A stretch of DNA of 64,000 bases from a virus, in IMG/VR virus record IMGVR_UViG_3300048919_000265; one strand, 5' to 3'. The notes under the pieces were generated by a model. That model was not told the DNA's origin and ran no database searches. It saw nothing but the letters and a program-made list of their open reading frames with translations. Both the position numbers and the translations under genes were made by a program. Numbering within the stretch: position 1 is the stretch's first letter; every line of letters starts with the position of its first letter. Shown here piece by piece: positions 19,591 through 29,872 of the stretch.

Positions 19591-20465
19591 CTACTAAAAA
19601 CAACTGAAAAGAAAACACCACCATTAAATCCCCTACGTATAACCTCAGCCTGCATGCTGTCTGCTATTTGTAAGCTGGCCTCAACCAGCAACGGGTCATA
19701 GCAAACTATCAACGCTTTAACGAACATCCCGTACTTCCTAATATCTTTATAGAAACTAGGCAAATTATCTTGATAATAAATCTCAAGACCTGGCTTGATA
19801 TCTTCTATTAAATTACTAACCCAGGCTTTGTCCTCTTCTTCTAAACTTAGTATAGTGGAAGATCTACTAGTGCCATTACTTTTAACGCTACTCGCCTGCG
19901 AAACAATATTTTTGGGCTTACGTCTCTCAAAACCTAATTGTTTAATATATGCAGAATACATTGAGAAAGACACGCCCAACCCTTGTCTTATGTCTTCACC
20001 ACTTAAGCTTGAATTTCTCCACTTACCCATAAGCTTATGTTGCTGTTCCAAAGGCAATAAAACCAATGCTTTGTATGCCATAACACCATCACTATTAACA
20101 TACGCGGGCTTAATATAATTATCTCGGCTATTCACCTTTGCCATACCACTAATATCATTTATCTTCACCAGCTCAGATACTTCTCCGGATTTCTGAGTAA
20201 TAGAAATGGTTTTATACCTGTTCGTGTTATTATCTAGTTCTTTACCTGAAACAACTCCCAACTTCGCGCATAAATACTGATACTCTATAACCTCAATTCC
20301 TAGCTCCGAGGCAACTTCTTCCTCTGTCAAATCAAGTCCCATGTATAACTCAAACATGTGTTTCTGATCCCCATCTGGCAATCTTTTCAGGTTCTTATAG
20401 GATATAATTCCACTATAATTCAAATCTAAATCCTCTCTTCCTAACGACCTTACAAAGTAACCCAC
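19587..20465 (-). CDS. Protein with two tandem HTH-like repeats
   Basis: Two ~47-aa repeats L..LP...Q......EE+...LG+....Y......LG. Confidence 0.65.
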   Translation of the reverse strand: MGYFVRSLGREDLDLNYSGIISYKNLKRLPDGDQKHMFELYMGLDLTEEEVASELGIEVIEYQYLCAKLGVVSGKELDNNTNRYKTISITQKSGEVSELVKINDISGMAKVNSRDNYIKPAYVNSDGVMAYKALVLLPLEQQHKLMGKWRNSSLSGEDIRQGLGVSFSMYSAYIKQLGFERRKPKNIVSQASSVKSNGTSRSSTILSLEEEDKAWVSNLIEDIKPGLEIYYQDNLPSFYKDIRKYGMFVKALIVCYDPLLVEASLQIADSMQAEVIRRGFNGGVFFSVVFSR

Positions 20466-20743
20466 CCTAATGCTTCATCCCAATATTCTATACTACAACA
20501 ACCATTCTCATCGCCATACTCCTCGAGTGGTTCAAAATCACTATCGACAGAAGCATAGCCTTCAAAGCATGTCTCGCCTTCGTCATTAACAAGACGAAAT
20601 TTTGAAGGCAACTGCGTCCCTTCCACATAATCTGTTGATGCTTCGTGTACAATTTTATTCTCCTGTTCATCCCTTACGACCACCCACATACCCGCTACCG
20701 CCTTTATTTTTGATTTTCTAATTTCCCGAAAGAAGCCAATCAA
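20450..20743 (-). CDS. Hypothetical acidic protein
   Basis: ORF overlapping downstream start. Confidence 0.6.
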   Translation of the reverse strand: MIGFFREIRKSKIKAVAGMWVVVRDEQENKIVHEASTDYVEGTQLPSKFRLVNDEGETCFEGYASVDSDFEPLEEYGDENGCCSIEYWDEALGWVTL

Positions 20744-20944
20744 ATCTTACTTCTCGTACTTCTGACTTATCGACCTTTTCTCCACTGACACCAGTAACCA
20801 ATACAGCCTTGACAAATCCTCCAACATCAGGATCAGTTAACACGCTCCACATACGACCTAAGGAGTCTTTATATTTTTCCAAAACAAATCTATTCCCTTC
20901 ATCACTTAATCATCATATGATATAAAATAATTTCCAAACCAACC

Positions 20945-21424
20945 TTAATTATCTGCTCCTTCACTCAGCAAAATTGCATATAAGTCACTACATTCAGAGA
21001 ATAAACCCCACATTCCCTTTTCCTTATACAACGTTAAAACATCGGCTCCACTAGAAAATCCTGATAATCTACCACTATCTTCGAATCGGTCATGCCTTGA
21101 TATAAATTCCACTAAATCTGAATTACTCTCCAGATACAAAAACCATAAAAGATAGAACCAATCCTTTGCGTGTGACGGTGAAAACCTTTTCCCAAAGATC
21201 TCTAAATGCGTGACACGCTGAGCATACAATCTGCCTCCCGATAGCCAATCATATCTACCCAAGGGTGCTTTATTGCCGGATCGTAAAGCCATAAAATACC
21301 ATTCGTGTATAGCCTTTGTTTCCGTATACAGCATCACGGCTGCTGTAGAAGAAGAAACACAAGGAGGCCCTAAATCACTGCACTCCAACAACTTTCCATA
21401 TCTAACCTTCATAATACCTCCCAT
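20945..21424 (-). CDS. Hypothetical protein
   Basis: RBS GGGAGG before MKVRYG. Confidence 0.65.
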   Translation of the reverse strand: MGGIMKVRYGKLLECSDLGPPCVSSSTAAVMLYTETKAIHEWYFMALRSGNKAPLGRYDWLSGGRLYAQRVTHLEIFGKRFSPSHAKDWFYLLWFLYLESNSDLVEFISRHDRFEDSGRLSGFSSGADVLTLYKEKGMWGLFSECSDLYAILLSEGADN

Positions 21425-21437
21425 ATGTAGCTATTGA

Positions 21438-21665
21438 CTATTTACGACTAAAATGTAAAACATCAATGTACTTACCAATCAAATGCATCACAAACTCTCG
21501 TGTACAATTTTCCCAATCCCTACGTTTAGACAAACTCTTCCAATAAAGCTTCCTCTGATACCCAGTACTGCTCCTACGAATCCTTATATTGTAATCAGGA
21601 GTAACTATCTTTATCTCGTTAAATCCTTTAAACTGTAATATTTCGGCTTCACCGCTCAAGTTCAT
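21438..21665 (-). CDS. Hypothetical protein
   Basis: ATGA overlap with upstream gene. Confidence 0.6.
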   Translation of the reverse strand: MNLSGEAEILQFKGFNEIKIVTPDYNIRIRRSSTGYQRKLYWKSLSKRRDWENCTREFVMHLIGKYIDVLHFSRK

Positions 21666-22276
21666 CTTTCCCTTCGCAATAGATTCTCCAAGAACTCTTT
21701 CATCTCCATTCTAACTTCATCCGGCATTATACGACTTTCCCTTCGCAAAGCTGCGATAACTTCTGCCCTAGTCCCCGCGATAAGATTGTGATACACCATG
21801 TCATTGGTTGAATCATAAACCATTTTATGGCCAGATTTAGACTCCACATTATAAATGTTAAGACCGAGAATATTTAGTATTTTTAAATCAACTAGTCCGT
21901 TACTTGAAAAATAAACTTCTTCGAACTCCACACTTTGCAACAAACCTCTAGCGAAACTATTGCCTATAACATCACAGTCAGAAAAGCTTACTTCACTAAA
22001 CTTACTTGTGATAAATTGACTGTCTTCTATAAAACAATTAATAAAATCTGTCCTAAATATTTCACTCCCTGAGAAGTTCATATTATTAAAGTCACAGCCC
22101 TCAAAAACACAACCACTTATTAATATATCCTTGGCGGTACAAGAAATGAAAACACAATTAAAAAAGTACAGCCCTGCCAATTCAGGAAAGTTTACGCTGG
22201 TAAACTCACACTCTTCTATGGACTTACTGTTCACTTGCAAAAGGGATAATAATTCACCATCCACCACCCTGCGCAA
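21662..22276 (-). CDS. Pentapeptide-repeat protein
   Basis: Five-residue periodicity (C.F..C.F...D F.N..F) over ~110 aa. Confidence 0.8.
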   Translation of the reverse strand: MRRVVDGELLSLLQVNSKSIEECEFTSVNFPELAGLYFFNCVFISCTAKDILISGCVFEGCDFNNMNFSGSEIFRTDFINCFIEDSQFITSKFSEVSFSDCDVIGNSFARGLLQSVEFEEVYFSSNGLVDLKILNILGLNIYNVESKSGHKMVYDSTNDMVYHNLIAGTRAEVIAALRRESRIMPDEVRMEMKEFLENLLRRER

Positions 22277-22296
22277 AGCATCAACTCCTCTTTACT

Positions 22297-22569
22297 TCAA
22301 GTGCCGTTATTTAATTCCTCTCTAGCTTTCCGAAGTAATTCATAGATAAGTGCTTCTTTAGTAATAAAGCCACCACATTCTTTTCCTGTAAGAATGTAAT
22401 ACATCACTTGTAAATCCAATAAATTACAAGTCTGATTCATCACAACTTTTGTATTGTTATTAATAGCCGTAGCCACTTTACGTCGATCGAGCAATAATTT
22501 ATGGTTAATTCTTAAACCTCCGGCATTCTTCCCTTGCCTTATCATTTCTACAATCTGTGCTACTGACAT
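22297..22569 (-). CDS. Hypothetical protein
   Basis: ORF with RBS AGGGGG. Confidence 0.65.
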   Translation of the reverse strand: MSVAQIVEMIRQGKNAGGLRINHKLLLDRRKVATAINNNTKVVMNQTCNLLDLQVMYYILTGKECGGFITKEALIYELLRKAREELNNGT

Positions 22570-22578
22570 AATATCCCC

Positions 22579-22851
22579 CTAAGCTATGCCATCCAACCGA
22601 ACCAACCCCGGCATCGTTAACGCAAACACATAATCACAGCACAACACTATCCATGCACCATCAGAACTAACTCCAACTTCAAATTGATTAATTTCATCAA
22701 ACTCTATAAGATTTACTAGGTCCAATGCTGTCATTTCCTCTTCCTTTGGATACAAGAAAAACGTAACTTCCGACAACTTTATAGGCAAACTGAGTAAAGC
22801 GTCTGTTAATTTCATCCTTATTACCTCCATTAGGGTTGCAGATCTACCCAT
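22579..22851 (-). CDS. Hypothetical protein
   Basis: RBS GGAGG before internal ATG. Confidence 0.6.
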   Translation of the reverse strand: MGRSATLMEVIRMKLTDALLSLPIKLSEVTFFLYPKEEEMTALDLVNLIEFDEINQFEVGVSSDGAWIVLCCDYVFALTMPGLVRLDGIA

Positions 22852-22877
22852 ACAACCCGACTGTTTTAGACTAAAAT

Positions 22878-23078
22878 CTACCCTTCATCTCCCGTGCCTT
22901 TCCATAATGGCACAAGATCTATTAGTTCAACATACTTTCGCTTCTCCAAGGTTTCATAAAATACTTCAATATTGGCTGATAACTCCCCATCTTCATTCAG
23001 CACATTTATAGAGGCATCATCCGGAACATCATTCAACAATTCCATCAACTTACCCTTAGTCAGTGGGCCACTATACAT
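22878..23078 (-). CDS. Small hypothetical protein
   Basis: T.G.L.ELL..VPDDA.I pattern typical of phage small proteins. Confidence 0.6.
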   Translation of the reverse strand: MYSGPLTKGKLMELLNDVPDDASINVLNEDGELSANIEVFYETLEKRKYVELIDLVPLWKGTGDEG

Positions 23079-23286
23079 TATTATTCAACCCCAATTCCTG
23101 TTTCATCCACCGAAACAGTGCGTCCCCAACTTCCGTATCTCCCCATCCCCATTGATCAGCCAGTAATTTTATGTCTTCGGGAACTTTAGAAACCATGCGC
23201 AAAACTTCTACTCTACTAGGGACTTCATTCCGTAAATCAACATACGTATCATGTATTTGATCTTCCATAGTATACGTCCAACTCAT
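23071..23286 (-). CDS. Small hypothetical protein
   Basis: ORF with RBS GAGG. Confidence 0.6.
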   Translation of the reverse strand: MSWTYTMEDQIHDTYVDLRNEVPSRVEVLRMVSKVPEDIKLLADQWGWGDTEVGDALFRWMKQELGLNNNV

Positions 23287-23341
23287 TCTTTAACCTCGCC
23301 TTATCATTAATTTTATAAAGTATGTAGGCCTAATGATGTAA

Positions 23342-23599
23342 TTAAGCGGTGCCTAATTCCTGTGGCACAGAACGCACTATATTCTTCTTGTATTCCTTTA
23401 TTAAGAAATTTATAGCTTTATCCCCTTTAGATTGAAACATACCTACTTCGACTAATACATAACTCGATTTCCCTGTCGATCCTGTAACTTTATACCAAAC
23501 ACCTTTCCTGTCTCCTTTACCTCCCATCTGCAACAATTGAGCTACACCACTAAAACCAGGAAATGCTTTAGACCTCAGTCTAATTTCTTTTGGAAACAT
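23342..23599 (-). CDS. Small hypothetical protein
   Basis: ORF with RBS GAGAGG. Confidence 0.6.
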   Translation of the reverse strand: MFPKEIRLRSKAFPGFSGVAQLLQMGGKGDRKGVWYKVTGSTGKSSYVLVEVGMFQSKGDKAINFLIKEYKKNIVRSVPQELGTA

Positions 23600-23747
23600 T
23601 TTTTAGTACCATCCTCTCATTCTTGAATCTCATATTTATATAATAACAAAACCCATAGCATAAAGGTTTCAAAAATCCTCTATTTAACTATGGGTTATTG
23701 ATTTCTAACTAACTATTTGACTTTAATCAGAAGCATAAGAAATTTTA

Positions 23748-24575
23748 TCAGGCTAGTTTCCTAAACTGACCCATAACTTCCATGGTTTGTGAAATGTTAA
23801 CGAATGCTTCAGGATCAACCTCCTTAATGATCTCTTTCACTTCATTAAGTTCATATCTTGTAGTAACAGTCATAATCATATCCTTCTCAATTCCTGAAAG
23901 TCCACCTTCCGCTTTTATCTTAGTTATTCCGCGAGGAGGCAAATTCAATAATCTCTTAGTTAAGTCTGCAGATTTGTCTGTTACTATATACAAAGTGACT
24001 TTTGTATTAGCAACATAAATACTGTCAATAATCTTACCTGTCAAGAAAATACAAATAGCCGAGTTCAAAGCTGAATTCCAATCGTGCGATAAATAGCCAA
24101 TCGCCACCACTACTGTTAGATTCAAAGCATTGACAACAGTGCCAACGGGAAATTCCCTTCTCCGACTAATGATTGATGCAATAACATCAAAACCTCCTGT
24201 GCATCCTCCTGCTTTAAAAGCAAGTCCACTACCAATACCAACAAATACTCCTCCGAAAACTGCCGAAAGCATTGAATCCGTCGCTACAACTTCCACCGGC
24301 ACAATCATCAGTAGCAGTGTTGTGCTTATCACAGACCATAGAGTCATAACTATAAATTTTCTACCAACCAAAAACCAACCCAATATCAATAAAGGTAAAT
24401 TAAGTGCAAAGTAAGTAGTGCTTTGACTAAATGGAGTGAAATATCCTAAAATCATAGATATTCCTGATACTCCTCCACTCAACATTTGATGTGGTATAAG
24501 AAACATGTTAAATCCGATTGCAACGATGAGTGAACTAACCAGCATCATCCCCACATCATATAACCTCTTAAACAA
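23748..24575 (-). CDS. YitT family (UPF0750) membrane protein
   Basis: F..P....SGGVSG, N.PL...GW..VG.KF, GG.TGG.D, C-terminal RG.T...A.GG....K...DP.AFV. Confidence 0.9.
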   Translation of the reverse strand: MFKRLYDVGMMLVSSLIVAIGFNMFLIPHQMLSGGVSGISMILGYFTPFSQSTTYFALNLPLLILGWFLVGRKFIVMTLWSVISTTLLLMIVPVEVVATDSMLSAVFGGVFVGIGSGLAFKAGGCTGGFDVIASIISRRREFPVGTVVNALNLTVVVAIGYLSHDWNSALNSAICIFLTGKIIDSIYVANTKVTLYIVTDKSADLTKRLLNLPPRGITKIKAEGGLSGIEKDMIMTVTTRYELNEVKEIIKEVDPEAFVNISQTMEVMGQFRKLA

Positions 24576-24588
24576 GACAATTCATCCC

Positions 24589-24900
24589 CTAATCCATAAT
24601 AGCTCCAACAATAACATTCCCCTGCACTTCAATTGTGGCAGTCCTGTTTGGTTGTAAATACTCCCAAATCTCTTCATTAACTAAATACTTATTCATGCCT
24701 ATTTGTATATAGTACTCAGTAGACCAACCACTAGTAACAGGAACCACCATACCACTAGGATAAACCATCATACTACTGACAGGCACTTCTTCTACTGTCT
24801 TGTTGATAACCATGCCTGCATAATAGTTAGGCTCAGGTGAATAATTGCAACCTGTAATAACCACTAATAAGACTAATGTCACAATGTTCACTGCTTTCAA
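24589..24900 (-). CDS. Putative lipoprotein
   Basis: Lipobox VITGC after hydrophobic segment. Confidence 0.7.
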   Translation of the reverse strand: MKAVNIVTLVLLVVITGCNYSPEPNYYAGMVINKTVEEVPVSSMMVYPSGMVVPVTSGWSTEYYIQIGMNKYLVNEEIWEYLQPNRTATIEVQGNVIVGAIMD

Positions 24901-24905
24901 TCATA

Positions 24906-25637
24906 TCACACCTCGGCTATAAGTGTAGTCAATTTATACTCATCAGTAGTCATAATAATCAAACTACGATTCTTCTTTTTAGCATACTCTATACAATTAT
25001 AGGTTCCTCCTGTCTTCCCATTAAAGAATGCCAGACCTAAGGCAGCCATATCCACCATGGCTTTATTCCTCATATCCAACTTTGCAACATGATGGATACC
25101 CACTTCTTGTCTACCCACTTTATATTTTTCTAATTCATCCACATAAATTACATAATCTGAACGAGCTATCATTCCTAAATATTCAACAACCGATTTCCTT
25201 CCCCAAAAATCCTTGGTAGTACTTAAAAATGTTTCAAACCATGATCCTAAACTTGGATATAACTCTTTATTCCTGCTAGAACACGCTTGTTTAACATTTC
25301 CTTGAACCCATGCTAATGGTTGATTTTCATAAGGAATAGCTAGTATCAACACTATATCTTGATATTTTTCTTTTACCTCATAAGCGGCGTAAAATGCCAT
25401 CTTATCAAATCCAAGGGCTCCACCAAAAATAAATCGACGCATCCCAACATTCAAATAACAATACTCTATAACTTGTTTAGTTCTGTGAACAATCTCAATA
25501 AATTTAGGATTATCCCTATCGTAGGGTTTACCTGGCAGGTCTTTAGGTCGATGCCCTGTAAAAAACATAGTTTGAGAAATGAGATCCTTACCGAGCACAT
25601 CTTCCCATACTTTCGACGATTCCCCAATATGATACAA
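24906..25637 (-). CDS. SLOG family protein (YpsA/DUF1273-like)
   Basis: FTGHRP, FI.GGALGFD, LAIPY..Q, RN..MVD, GGT.NC..YA motifs. Confidence 0.85.
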   Translation of the reverse strand: MYHIGESSKVWEDVLGKDLISQTMFFTGHRPKDLPGKPYDRDNPKFIEIVHRTKQVIEYCYLNVGMRRFIFGGALGFDKMAFYAAYEVKEKYQDIVLILAIPYENQPLAWVQGNVKQACSSRNKELYPSLGSWFETFLSTTKDFWGRKSVVEYLGMIARSDYVIYVDELEKYKVGRQEVGIHHVAKLDMRNKAMVDMAALGLAFFNGKTGGTYNCIEYAKKKNRSLIIMTTDEYKLTTLIAEV

Positions 25638-25659
25638 AATATCAGCTCCTTATATGTAC

Positions 25660-25691
25660 AGTGAGGTGACCTATACCAGCATCACCTCACT
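25660..25691. terminator. Hairpin / probable terminator
   Basis: AGTGAGGTGA...TCACCTCACT 10-bp stem. Confidence 0.55.
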
Positions 25692-25708
25692 AATTTCTAC
25701 ATACACTA

Positions 25709-26389
25709 TCACACAACGAGACTTTCCTCCCGACAACCAACCTTATATTGTTGTAATGCCCCAACAACCTGGCGTAAAACTTCAAATTCTAATCTGTTTT
25801 TGATTAACTTACCTGACATCAGAACTTTAGTAAAGTCATCTAAACTTCCGATGAAGTCACTAAACCAAACAAGATCTGATTTTAAATTAAAAACCAACGA
25901 TTGAGCCTCGTCTCCAATTCCACTGAAAGTAAATAATGGCAAATGAACAGCCCCATCTGCTATCACTCTAGAGAAATTACAGCCTCTTTCACTAGCGTTG
26001 AAGAAATTCAATCCGGTTAATCTACTTCCCTCAAAATCGATATCAATAAAATCACTTCCATTTAAAACAGCCTTGTTAAGATCAACCATTTTAAAAATGC
26101 AACAAATAAATTTACAAAACCTTAAATAAGAATCTCGCATATTACTACCCGTAAAATCACATTCACTAAAACTTGAAGCTCTCCAATCCACTCCAACAAA
26201 ATTACTCTCCGAAAAATTACAATTAACAAAATTGCAGCTATGAAAAATACTTTTCCTTAAATCTACATTACTAAAATCCACACCTGTAAAATCTTCATCC
26301 TGAACTACTAACCTTTTACCCTTAACATCCCCACTCAACCATAGTTGATGCAACTTAATCGTCCCTTTAAGTTTGCTCGATCCTTTCAT
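25709..26389 (-). CDS. Pentapeptide-repeat protein
   Basis: L..H.LWL...G.R N-terminus; five-residue periodicity; RBS GGAGGGG before ATG 26389. Confidence 0.82.
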   Translation of the reverse strand: MKGSSKLKGTIKLHQLWLSGDVKGKRLVVQDEDFTGVDFSNVDLRKSIFHSCNFVNCNFSESNFVGVDWRASSFSECDFTGSNMRDSYLRFCKFICCIFKMVDLNKAVLNGSDFIDIDFEGSRLTGLNFFNASERGCNFSRVIADGAVHLPLFTFSGIGDEAQSLVFNLKSDLVWFSDFIGSLDDFTKVLMSGKLIKNRLEFEVLRQVVGALQQYKVGCREESLVV

Positions 26390-26455
26390 ACTACCCCTCC
26401 TCTTCAACCTACTTTTATATAACACTAATATAAGTCCATAAATGGTTGTTAATTT

Positions 26456-26863
26456 TCAATAAATAAGACATTTAAATGAAAACGCGGTAGGATCATCCAA
26501 ATTGCTCATTATATTATCTATCCTATTAGAAACTTCTCGGGCTTCTGTCTTACTATCGAGGATGAGAAACACTCTTTCCACGGCCTTCAAGTTCTCTAAT
26601 AATTCATTCAAACTATTAACTTTATCTGTAGTATTCAAAGCAGTTATACTAAAGGGTGTTATTGCTATACAGTTACTTCTATGTTGATAAGTAGTAACTA
26701 AATGTGTTTTGGAAAGAATCTCCCCATCTGACATAAATAATTTCAAAAATTTCCTTGTCTGTTTATCACATAAATATGAATACTCTTTAGTTCTTTTTGC
26801 TATAGCTACACTATCAGTACTAAGGGTGGTACGAGTAATATAATCTTCAAATTCGTGATTCAA
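26456..26863 (-). CDS. Hypothetical protein
   Basis: RBS GGAGGAGG. Confidence 0.7.
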   Translation of the reverse strand: MNHEFEDYITRTTLSTDSVAIAKRTKEYSYLCDKQTRKFLKLFMSDGEILSKTHLVTTYQHRSNCIAITPFSITALNTTDKVNSLNELLENLKAVERVFLILDSKTEAREVSNRIDNIMSNLDDPTAFSFKCLIY

Positions 26864-26864
26864 C

Positions 26865-27359
26865 TCATTTACCTCCTCCCTTCTTATACCGCTTTCGTAA
26901 AACGTACTTATAAATATAACACATAAGAATGCAACTAATTCCTGCTAACTGAATTTTAAACATCTCGGAAATATCTAGTTGAAAACTTCTGTAAATAGAA
27001 TAACCGCAATAACCCAGTGCCAACAGTCGCACGACAAATAACCATCTAATTACTATTTCTATTTTATTATTATATTTGATATCTAGACTAGGGTCACCTA
27101 AGCTGCTAATCATACCGCCAATTACACAGACTATTAAGATCAACAGCTCATAAAATAACAAATCTTTATTATCTTTAATTCCAAGTATTAATATGGGTAT
27201 AACTAAAACAGGGAAGAATACAACATAACACCACAATAAAGTTACCAATCCCTGCTTAGTTTTGTTAAACTGATTTGTGGCCCAGATCTTTACAATATTC
27301 TTCTTTGTCTTCCTTTTAATGCTACCAACTCCCTCATACTGTTCCCTTCCTCTTATCAT
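26865..27359 (-). CDS. Multi-pass membrane protein
   Basis: Four hydrophobic segments. Confidence 0.7.
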   Translation of the reverse strand: MIRGREQYEGVGSIKRKTKKNIVKIWATNQFNKTKQGLVTLLWCYVVFFPVLVIPILILGIKDNKDLLFYELLILIVCVIGGMISSLGDPSLDIKYNNKIEIVIRWLFVVRLLALGYCGYSIYRSFQLDISEMFKIQLAGISCILMCYIYKYVLRKRYKKGGGK

Positions 27360-27582
27360 AGATTAACTTCAAACATTCCCGCGAAAAAGAAGGATAATGC
27401 GTCATAGTGATCAATTCTGATAATTCCTCTAACTCTAACTTATCACAGAGTGTATTTAAGCTTTCCGCCAACTGAACCTGCTTTCTTCCTATGTAAGTGC
27501 AACCTTCGCGCTTACTTGCTTCCTTAGACAACACCTTCGTTTCCTGTGAAAAACAATTGAGATAATGTAAACTTCCAGACAT
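27334..27582 (-). CDS. Hypothetical protein
   Basis: RBS AGGAGG. Confidence 0.65.
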   Translation of the reverse strand: MSGSLHYLNCFSQETKVLSKEASKREGCTYIGRKQVQLAESLNTLCDKLELEELSELITMTHYPSFSRECLKLIYDKRKGTV

Positions 27583-27646
27583 TATCTAACCTCCTGTCTC
27601 GAACTCTGTGATGCAACTACCCACTAATTAAAACTAGACACCATGT

Positions 27647-27688
27647 GAATTAGGGTTCAGGCACTTTCTCCAGCCTGAACCCTAATTC
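27647..27688. terminator. Long perfect hairpin after lipoprotein gene
   Basis: 15-bp stem GAATTAGGGTTCAGG/CCTGAACCCTAATTC. Confidence 0.6.
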
Positions 27689-27691
27689 TAC

Positions 27692-28084
27692 TTATTTGAC
27701 TCGTACAACTGATATTTTATTATCATCCGGAATAATCTCCATAACCTTTAAAACCATTCCATTATTCAGTAATACTTCCCTACCGACTTTAACATTATAA
27801 GTATAACGATAAGACTCGTCAGTTCGAACCCTATTAATGACTATGATTGAATTTGAAGTCACTTTAGCTAGTCTTTGATCTCCTGCCAAATCATAACCAA
27901 CTCTCCAAGTCAACGGATTATTCAGACCAACCTTAATATCTTCACCATTGAAGAAGGCTGTAGCATTTTCAGACACCGAATCTACAGTGGGAACTTCTTC
28001 GCTTGTCTCCGTCTTATTAATTCCGCAACCTGTAGCTAGCAATAAAGCTAACACTGGAAAAATTAACTTATTCATGAAAATCAC
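27692..28084 (-). CDS. Putative lipoprotein
   Basis: Lipobox LATGC. Confidence 0.75.
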   Translation of the reverse strand: MIFMNKLIFPVLALLLATGCGINKTETSEEVPTVDSVSENATAFFNGEDIKVGLNNPLTWRVGYDLAGDQRLAKVTSNSIIVINRVRTDESYRYTYNVKVGREVLLNNGMVLKVMEIIPDDNKISVVRVK

Positions 28085-28146
28085 CTACATGTCTAACATC
28101 AAGTTTGCTAAGTTTACACTTCGTCCCGCAAACCTCATTGCTTGTA

Positions 28147-28392
28147 TCAATAATCTTTCCAACCGCTAGAATCTATAAACTCACTGTGTGAGTAAACATT
28201 CTCGTCATCAAGCTTAACTGTCACAACGGCGTATGTCGTTTCCCATCTGCCCACATGATCTATTTATATCTGTATCTCACCTGACTGAAATAAATCTTTT
28301 AAAAGAACTTTTAATTTCTTTTTCTCTGATTAACGTTCTTCCCAATCATAATCATCTTCGTGTTCTTCAGAGAAATCATCTAGTTGATCCAT
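28147..28392 (-). pseudogene. Nonsense-disrupted hypothetical gene
   Basis: RBS AAGGAG + ATG; 82 codons in one frame with internal TAA at 28330-28332 and 28264-28266. Confidence 0.7.
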
Positions 28393-28407
28393 TTTTTTGA
28401 CACTCCT

Positions 28408-29160
28408 TTAAAAAGACTTCATCTCAGACAATGAACTAACGTCACGTGAAACTAGTTTGAGACTACCATCTATTATTGCAAAACTCATCCCTTTTGGAGC
28501 CTCTATACCCCATCTCTGCCAATCAAGAGTCTCCATCACTCTATTACCCTTTAAATCAAATATTGCCTTACCCTCATCAAAACAATAACCATTCTCCCAA
28601 TCCCCTCCAGAGATCTTATATCTACAAGTCTCTAATGCTTGAAATCTTTGTGAAGAATTCTTCGAAGATATGATCTCATTAACAGACTTCGGGGCTAATC
28701 TACTCCTATTAGGTACTCCAACAGAGTTAAGAATCTCCTCGGACAACTCTTTACCTGCTGCAAAAGTAGAAAGGATAAGCTGGGATTTTGGTTCCCTTTC
28801 CTGCACTTTGCGGATCTCGGGAACCTCAATAGAGTCCAAACGACCAGCCGGCGTGTCCACTACTTTAATAGAAGAATGTCCTTTAGAAAACCACCCAACT
28901 TCTTCACATTTCTTAGCAAGAAATGCATCTATTGCAGTGGGGTATCCGAAGGGATACCCCAAGTCTCCATACTTCACACATGTCTCTGGATCAGCAGAAC
29001 CCGTATAGTACTTGGTATGAAATTCATGGGACCATTCTTCTATTTTCGCACACATATCAGTGGAAGAGATATCAAGAGCTTGGAAGTCAATTCTACCCCG
29101 CTCCATATACGTACCAACATTCATTGCCATTTGTGCGATATTCTCTATGTGTTTATCCAT
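28408..29160 (-). CDS. Hypothetical protein
   Basis: 250-aa ORF with RBS AAGGAGG. Confidence 0.75.
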   Translation of the reverse strand: MDKHIENIAQMAMNVGTYMERGRIDFQALDISSTDMCAKIEEWSHEFHTKYYTGSADPETCVKYGDLGYPFGYPTAIDAFLAKKCEEVGWFSKGHSSIKVVDTPAGRLDSIEVPEIRKVQEREPKSQLILSTFAAGKELSEEILNSVGVPNRSRLAPKSVNEIISSKNSSQRFQALETCRYKISGGDWENGYCFDEGKAIFDLKGNRVMETLDWQRWGIEAPKGMSFAIIDGSLKLVSRDVSSLSEMKSF

Positions 29161-29199
29161 TTGCTAGCCTCCTTATATTACACTTAATAATTGATTCCA

Positions 29200-29751
29200 C
29201 TACTTTAGCATTTCAATAACTCGATCTTCTGTAAGGATCTCGCCTTCAACATAACCGAGTCCAGCAAAGTTAACAATAGCAAAATCCTCAGGTTCAACAA
29301 CTTTACCATTATGAAGTAATTTTTGAGTTAACGATTTTCCGTTCGAAGCAAGTTTCGCTGTAACAATATAAGTGCCTTGCTTAACCTTAGACCATTCCTT
29401 CTCTAATCCTTCAATTTTACCTCCACAATATACGGTAACTAGTGTGAAGAAAAGACTCACATCAACCAGAATATAGTGTAGCTCTGTATCGTTATCATTA
29501 AATTTTAGAACTTTGTTAAATTCCGCAGCAGCGCTAATATCTTCGTAATTAACCGCAAAAGAATCCTTTGGGAGACTCATAATTACTCTACCTTGTGTAT
29601 TACCTTCTACAAATGCTATCAATCTACCGTGCTCTTGATTGAACTTCACAAACTTATCGTAACTCTCTTTAGCGGCCGACCCTTCAGAGGTATTTAGTTT
29701 TCCATTAGGATCTAGTGCCGATTTAAGATCATCGAAAAAGTCCATCTTCAT
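29200..29751 (-). CDS. Hypothetical protein
   Basis: RBS GAGGAG before ATG 29751. Confidence 0.75.
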   Translation of the reverse strand: MKMDFFDDLKSALDPNGKLNTSEGSAAKESYDKFVKFNQEHGRLIAFVEGNTQGRVIMSLPKDSFAVNYEDISAAAEFNKVLKFNDNDTELHYILVDVSLFFTLVTVYCGGKIEGLEKEWSKVKQGTYIVTAKLASNGKSLTQKLLHNGKVVEPEDFAIVNFAGLGYVEGEILTEDRVIEMLK

Positions 29752-29872
29752 AGTTATATCTCCTCTATACAAATTGTAATAACAATGATTTATAAATACA
29801 GTAGGGCATCAAAAATGGTTTCCACATACCTCTTTATAGCTCAACTATCTCTGCTCTACTTACGTTTAACCA

